Positions 48,759 to 53,145 of a DNA stretch of 53,145 nt are shown here, one piece after another (the first letter of the stretch is position 1; every line of letters starts with the position of its first letter). This DNA is from Octopus bimaculoides. Its lineage: Eukaryota. The DNA is taken from the NCBI RefSeq assembly GCF_001194135.2, contig NC_068983.1:140659836-140712980 (forward strand), read 5' to 3'. A program made the translations under genes and the position numbers. A model generated the notes under the pieces. It had not been told where the DNA came from and searched no databases. It worked only from the letters and a program-made list of their open reading frames with translations.

Positions 48759-50447
48759 TAATTTCTTTCGATATACTTTTCAGTAGCTCTCCCTTTTATA
48801 AGAGCTTGTACTTCATGCATATATGTACGTGTTGCAGATTAAATCGATCAAAGACCAGTTTTATGATGAAGTATTTGGAATGACGCCAATAGTTTTCTAG
48901 TTTTGTCTTAAAGCTTGTTATGTTGAAATTATCTTTGTTAATTTAGCGAGGAGTTTTGATACGTATTTCCGTCTTTCAAACTGATGCACTCTCTCTGATT
49001 TAAGGTAAACATGCACGCATTCATGTTCATGCTAATGTGTACGCATTAACGATACATACATATATATATATATGTGTGTGGCGGGGTACATACATACGTA
49101 CATACATGCATATATAAATGCATACATACATATTTACATACATGCACGTATACGCTCATATGTATGAGTGTACATATGCATATTTGCAGTCAAACGTACA
49201 AAGACGTGTGTATGTGCGTTTGACTAGACACGTAAATATTTTATTCCGCTATTCGAGCATGTAATATTTTTTTTTACTTTTTAGCTATGTATCGATATAT
49301 TCAGAAATATTGTAACTTCATTTTTAATAATTCATTATAAAATTGAGAGAACATCTGTGGTACATCCAGTTTGCAAAAAGGTTAACATTGTTTCCGTATA
49401 TATGAGTATATATGAGTCTAATTTTTCTCAGATCTGGTATATGCAACCTTCTGAAATTTAGCAGGACTTTTAAGAGCTTCCAATGGTATTAAATTGTGAA
49501 CAAGTCACCGGTACCCAAGTAGCTAAAAAGTGTCTGCATAAGGGCAAACAGTAGTCATACTTATAGTGTAAGCGGTTGAGAGGAGAAACACTTAAGTGAC
49601 TTAAAATCAGTGCGTGGACGTTCTGAGCATTTTATAAATACTTCTACTTTTAATATAATTCTGAGATAGAAGAATCATTGTCAGAGACATGTGTGGCAAG
49701 AAACCACTACAACCGGGAGACAACTAAGCTGTTTTCCATATACCCCGTTTCACTCAGAAGTGTCAAGTTGGTTCGAGTCATGTTAAATGCCCTACGAGCA
49801 TAATTCTTGTACACCATGAGGTAACAGGGTGATGTTGAATCAAGGTTTGATAAAGGAACTTCTAACAATAAGCCGTACTTATGTCCATTAAAAATGTACA
49901 AAGAACTCAGTATTAATCTGAGTCACTTCGAAAGAAATTCAACTTTTAGGTCGCATACAACACTAGTATTTTATTATTTCATTTCTACGCTGTTTTATAT
50001 TCTTCTTCTTTTTGTTTCGCATATATACAAACGCATCGCGATGAAGTTAGAATGTGATCGCTGCCCTGATAGAATCATGTACCGAACCTCTTAAATGTTG
50101 CATTAGCTCTTTGATAAAGAGGAAGAGGACAGTTGACTATATATACAGATAGATACTCTTCTTCTGAAACGGAGAAACATGAAAAACTTGCTTATTTTAT
50201 CCTATTTCACGCAATCTATAGATCTACATGGAAATTGGTTACATAAGTTGGAGCGACTTCCGAGCTATGTGGTTTCGGGTTAAGTATGACTGTGCGGAAT
50301 CTTGCATTATGGTCTCCTACAGTACTTACTATATAATTTTGTGACTATCTAATTTTCTGAATGAAATTTAATGAAATTAAGGAAATTAGCAGGCAAAGAA
50401 AATCCATCTTAATACATGTCGCTTGATTTTCGCTGTAAAAGACTCAC

Positions 50448-50557
50448 CGCTTTGGGACGCATTTACTCTACGTTCACGTGTACAAGCTAACTTCTTCATT
50501 CCAATCAATTTCGGAGCCCATTTAATAATTGATCTGCACTATGTTGCACCTCAGTTG
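50448..50557 (-). other. Candidate 110-nt exon (non-coding, or 5' UTR plus start codon), unverified
   Basis: Acceptor gcttttctcattgttgtttcttgtcacaag and donor G|GTGAGT. All three frames contain a stop, but ATG-KKLACTRERRVNASQS stays open to the donor. Confidence 0.3.
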
Positions 50558-51731
50558 CTTGTGACAAGAAACAACAATGAGAAAAGCAACATCAGTAACA
50601 CAAAAATAAAGTAACAGTTCCCACATAGACGCTGAAATCACCTGTAATAACATTCGATTATCTATGAAACCGTTGCCATTGATTTTAGAATATCCGTCAT
50701 TGGGTGGTAGAAAATAAAACTACGAACCAATGTTGAACATAGATCCACTTGTTCAGCAACGGCCTAGAGATAACAGTAGCTGTATATGAATTAAGCAACG
50801 TATGTTATATATCTGAGAATGCTTCAAAAGTTATCAACTGTTGATTCATGAAGTTTCTTTGTTTTTGTTCATGCATCAAGAAAATGTCAAGAAAAAATTA
50901 TATTATACAAATATTATAAAAGAATTTTACTTATATAAAGGAATGTAACAAAGTTATGTCTTATAGAAATTATACACTACAGCTTTGCTGTATTTGTGGT
51001 ACTCGTGGCAACGAGAAGAGAACACATTAAAAATACATAAACAAGTATATTAACGTAGATCAGTCGAACACTGAACATATCAATGAAATAATAATAAATA
51101 AAAATACGCCGGCTTCGTCCTTCGCATTCGACATAAAATGAATTCTATCTGAATGAGAATTTTGTACGCCCTACTATAATTTTATTGAATATTGCATAAA
51201 AAAGGACATAGGAAGAGTCTTGATTGAAAATATGGTAACGAGCTACATTCCTCATTGATGCTTCATTAATTGCCATTAAAGATAGAGCACAAAACATGGT
51301 ATATTATGTATAGACATAAATTCTTTAACAACTGAAGTTTTCTATGAGCCGAAACAAAAGTAGTGGCAATTAATAGACATTCATACATATGCAAATATGC
51401 TGCAACTAGGTTTAAATGAAACGAAATCGCATGACATAATAGGAAGCCAAAATATTCCTAACATTGTATGCTAATTACCTTAGCTTTCTCAAGCATTTCT
51501 ATCAATTCAGTGATGCAAGCTGGAACGCTTTGCTTAGCAGTAGAAATAAATAAAACACTTCATATACTTGCTACCATGGTACCGAAAACGTATTAGATTA
51601 GCTTCAACCTAACTCTAGATGAACCAACACTTGTGGGTTATGTGAGTTCCAAATATGGCTCATCCGAGACAGATTTATATTCCTTAAAGTAACTATTATT
51701 TAGCCGTAAAAAAAATCTTACGAAAACTTAC

Positions 51732-51778
<47 letters not shown>

Positions 51779-52679
51779 NNNNNNNNNNNNNNNNNNNNNN
51801 NNNNNNNNNNNNNNNNNNNNNNNNNNNNNNNNNNNNNNNNNNNNNNNNNNNNNNNNNNNNNNNNNNNNNNNNNNNNNNNNNNNNNNNNNNNNNNNNNNNN
51901 NNNNNNNNNNNNNNNNNNNNNNNNNNNNNNNNNNNNNNNNNNNNNNNNNNNNNNNNNNNNNNNNNNNNNNNNNNNNNNNNNNNNNNNNNNNNNNNNNNNN
52001 NNNNNNNNNNNNNNNNNNNNNNNNNNNNNNNNNNNNNNNNNNNNNNNNNNNNNNNNNNNNNNNNNNNNNNNNNNNNNNNNNNNNNNNNNNNNNNNNNNNN
52101 NNNNNNNNNNNNNNNNNNNNNNNNNNNNNNNNNNNNNNNNNNNNNNNNNNNNNNNNNNNNNNNNNNNNNNNNNNNNNNNNNNNNNNNNNNNNNNNNNNNN
52201 NNNNNNNNNNNNNNNNNNNNNNNNNNNNNNNNNNNNNNNNNNNNNNNNNNNNNNNNNNNNNNNNNNNNNNNNNNNNNNNNNNNNNNNNNNNNNNNNNNNN
52301 NNNNNNNNNNNNNNNNNNNNNNNNNNNNNNNNNNNNNNNNNNNNNNNNNNNNNNNNNNNNNNNNNNNNNNNNNNNNNNNNNNNNNNNNNNNNNNNNNNNN
52401 NNNNNNNNNNNNNNNNNNNNNNNNNNNNNNNNNNNNNNNNNNNNNNNNNNNNNNNNNNNNNNNNNNNNNNNNNNNNNNNNNNNNNNNNNNNNNNNNNNNN
52501 NNNNNNNNNNNNNNNNNNNNNNNNNNNNNNNNNNNNNNNNNNNNNNNNNNNNNNNNNNNNNNNNNNNNNNNNNNNNNNNNNNNNNNNNNNNNNNNNNNNN
52601 NNNNNNNNNNNNNNNNNNNNNNNNNNNNNNNNNNNNNNNNNNNNNNNNNNNNNATATATATATATATATATATATATAC

Positions 52680-52725
52680 ATATGACGGGCTTCGTCCAGT
52701 TTCCGTCTTCCAATCCGGTCTACAT
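52680..52725 (-). mobile_element. SINE family A remnant
   Basis: GACGGGCTTCGTCCAGTTTCCGTC is the reverse complement of the GACGGAAACTG..GAAGCCCGTC motif. Confidence 0.6.
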
Positions 52726-52897
52726 ACATTTCATAACAAGCAGAAATCCGGAAGTAGCAATTATTCAAGTGAGGTGTATACCGCAGGCTACTCTTCAGGT
52801 CGAAGGTATCTGCATTATATGAAGCTTACATTGCCGTTAGGAAACTCATGCGAACACATGGAGGATTCCATTAAATGCATTTTGATCGAGTCCTCTG

Positions 52898-52950
<53 letters not shown>

Positions 52951-53145
52951 CTATGGACGGACGGTAGACGTGTCGGCTCCGTATGTTTTGCCTTTTTCAT
53001 GTTTTAAAAAGTTTGTTTGTAAAGTTTATTTTATATACAAAGTTGTATAACAACTTGTATATTCTCTGGTGCAAGTTTTTTGCGACGGAAATCTGCCCTG
53101 TGTGGCACATTTCCAGGATATAAAAACCAATTTCGGCTTTCTAGC

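Larger units (their letters stand above)
3287..52653. other. Sixteen assembly gaps (N runs) scattered across this interval
   Basis: Examples are 3287-4087, 15295-16223, 32644-33488, 46283-47011 and 51779-52653. Most are flanked by (TA)n or (CA)n. Confidence 0.98.

Noticed and set aside
3135-52768. Long ORFs of 150-570 aa in the ORF track
   Set aside because: They read through N gaps or dinucleotide/trinucleotide repeats (poly-X, HTHT, IYIY, poly-I/N/L). Only the pre-gap part of 14637-16343 is real coding-like sequence.

Overview
AT-rich eukaryotic draft-assembly window. It has 16 N-gaps, and most of them are bounded by (TA)n or (CA)n microsatellites. The repeat families look like those I recall from coleoid cephalopods, probably Octopus; this is recognition from memory, not a database result. 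I can support no intact host gene, rRNA, tRNA gene or CRISPR array, and almost all long ORFs in the track are gap or microsatellite artefacts. The window is a transposon graveyard containing: a decayed Chapaev3-like DNA transposon; a CR1-group LINE 3' part interrupted by a SINE; two mariner derivatives, one built from two inward-facing left ends; a 5'-only L1/Tx1-like ORF1; a Penelope GIY-YIG fragment and hammerhead-like relics; a ~1.7 kb foldback palindrome; a ~200 bp MITE; and four tRNA-type SINE families (my labels A-D). The most striking structure is seven R4/Dong-clade REL-endonuclease retrotransposon fragments from four families. Six of them form two strictly co-oriented trains (31.6-34.2 kb on +, 44.7-47.2 kb on -) joined through (TAA)n arrays, and the second train also carries an unclassified ~510 bp element embedded in (TAA)n. 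A few isolated splice-signal-bounded segments could be exons of a gene with long introns, but they are unproven. Element boundaries are approximate unless a TIR or TSD is quoted.
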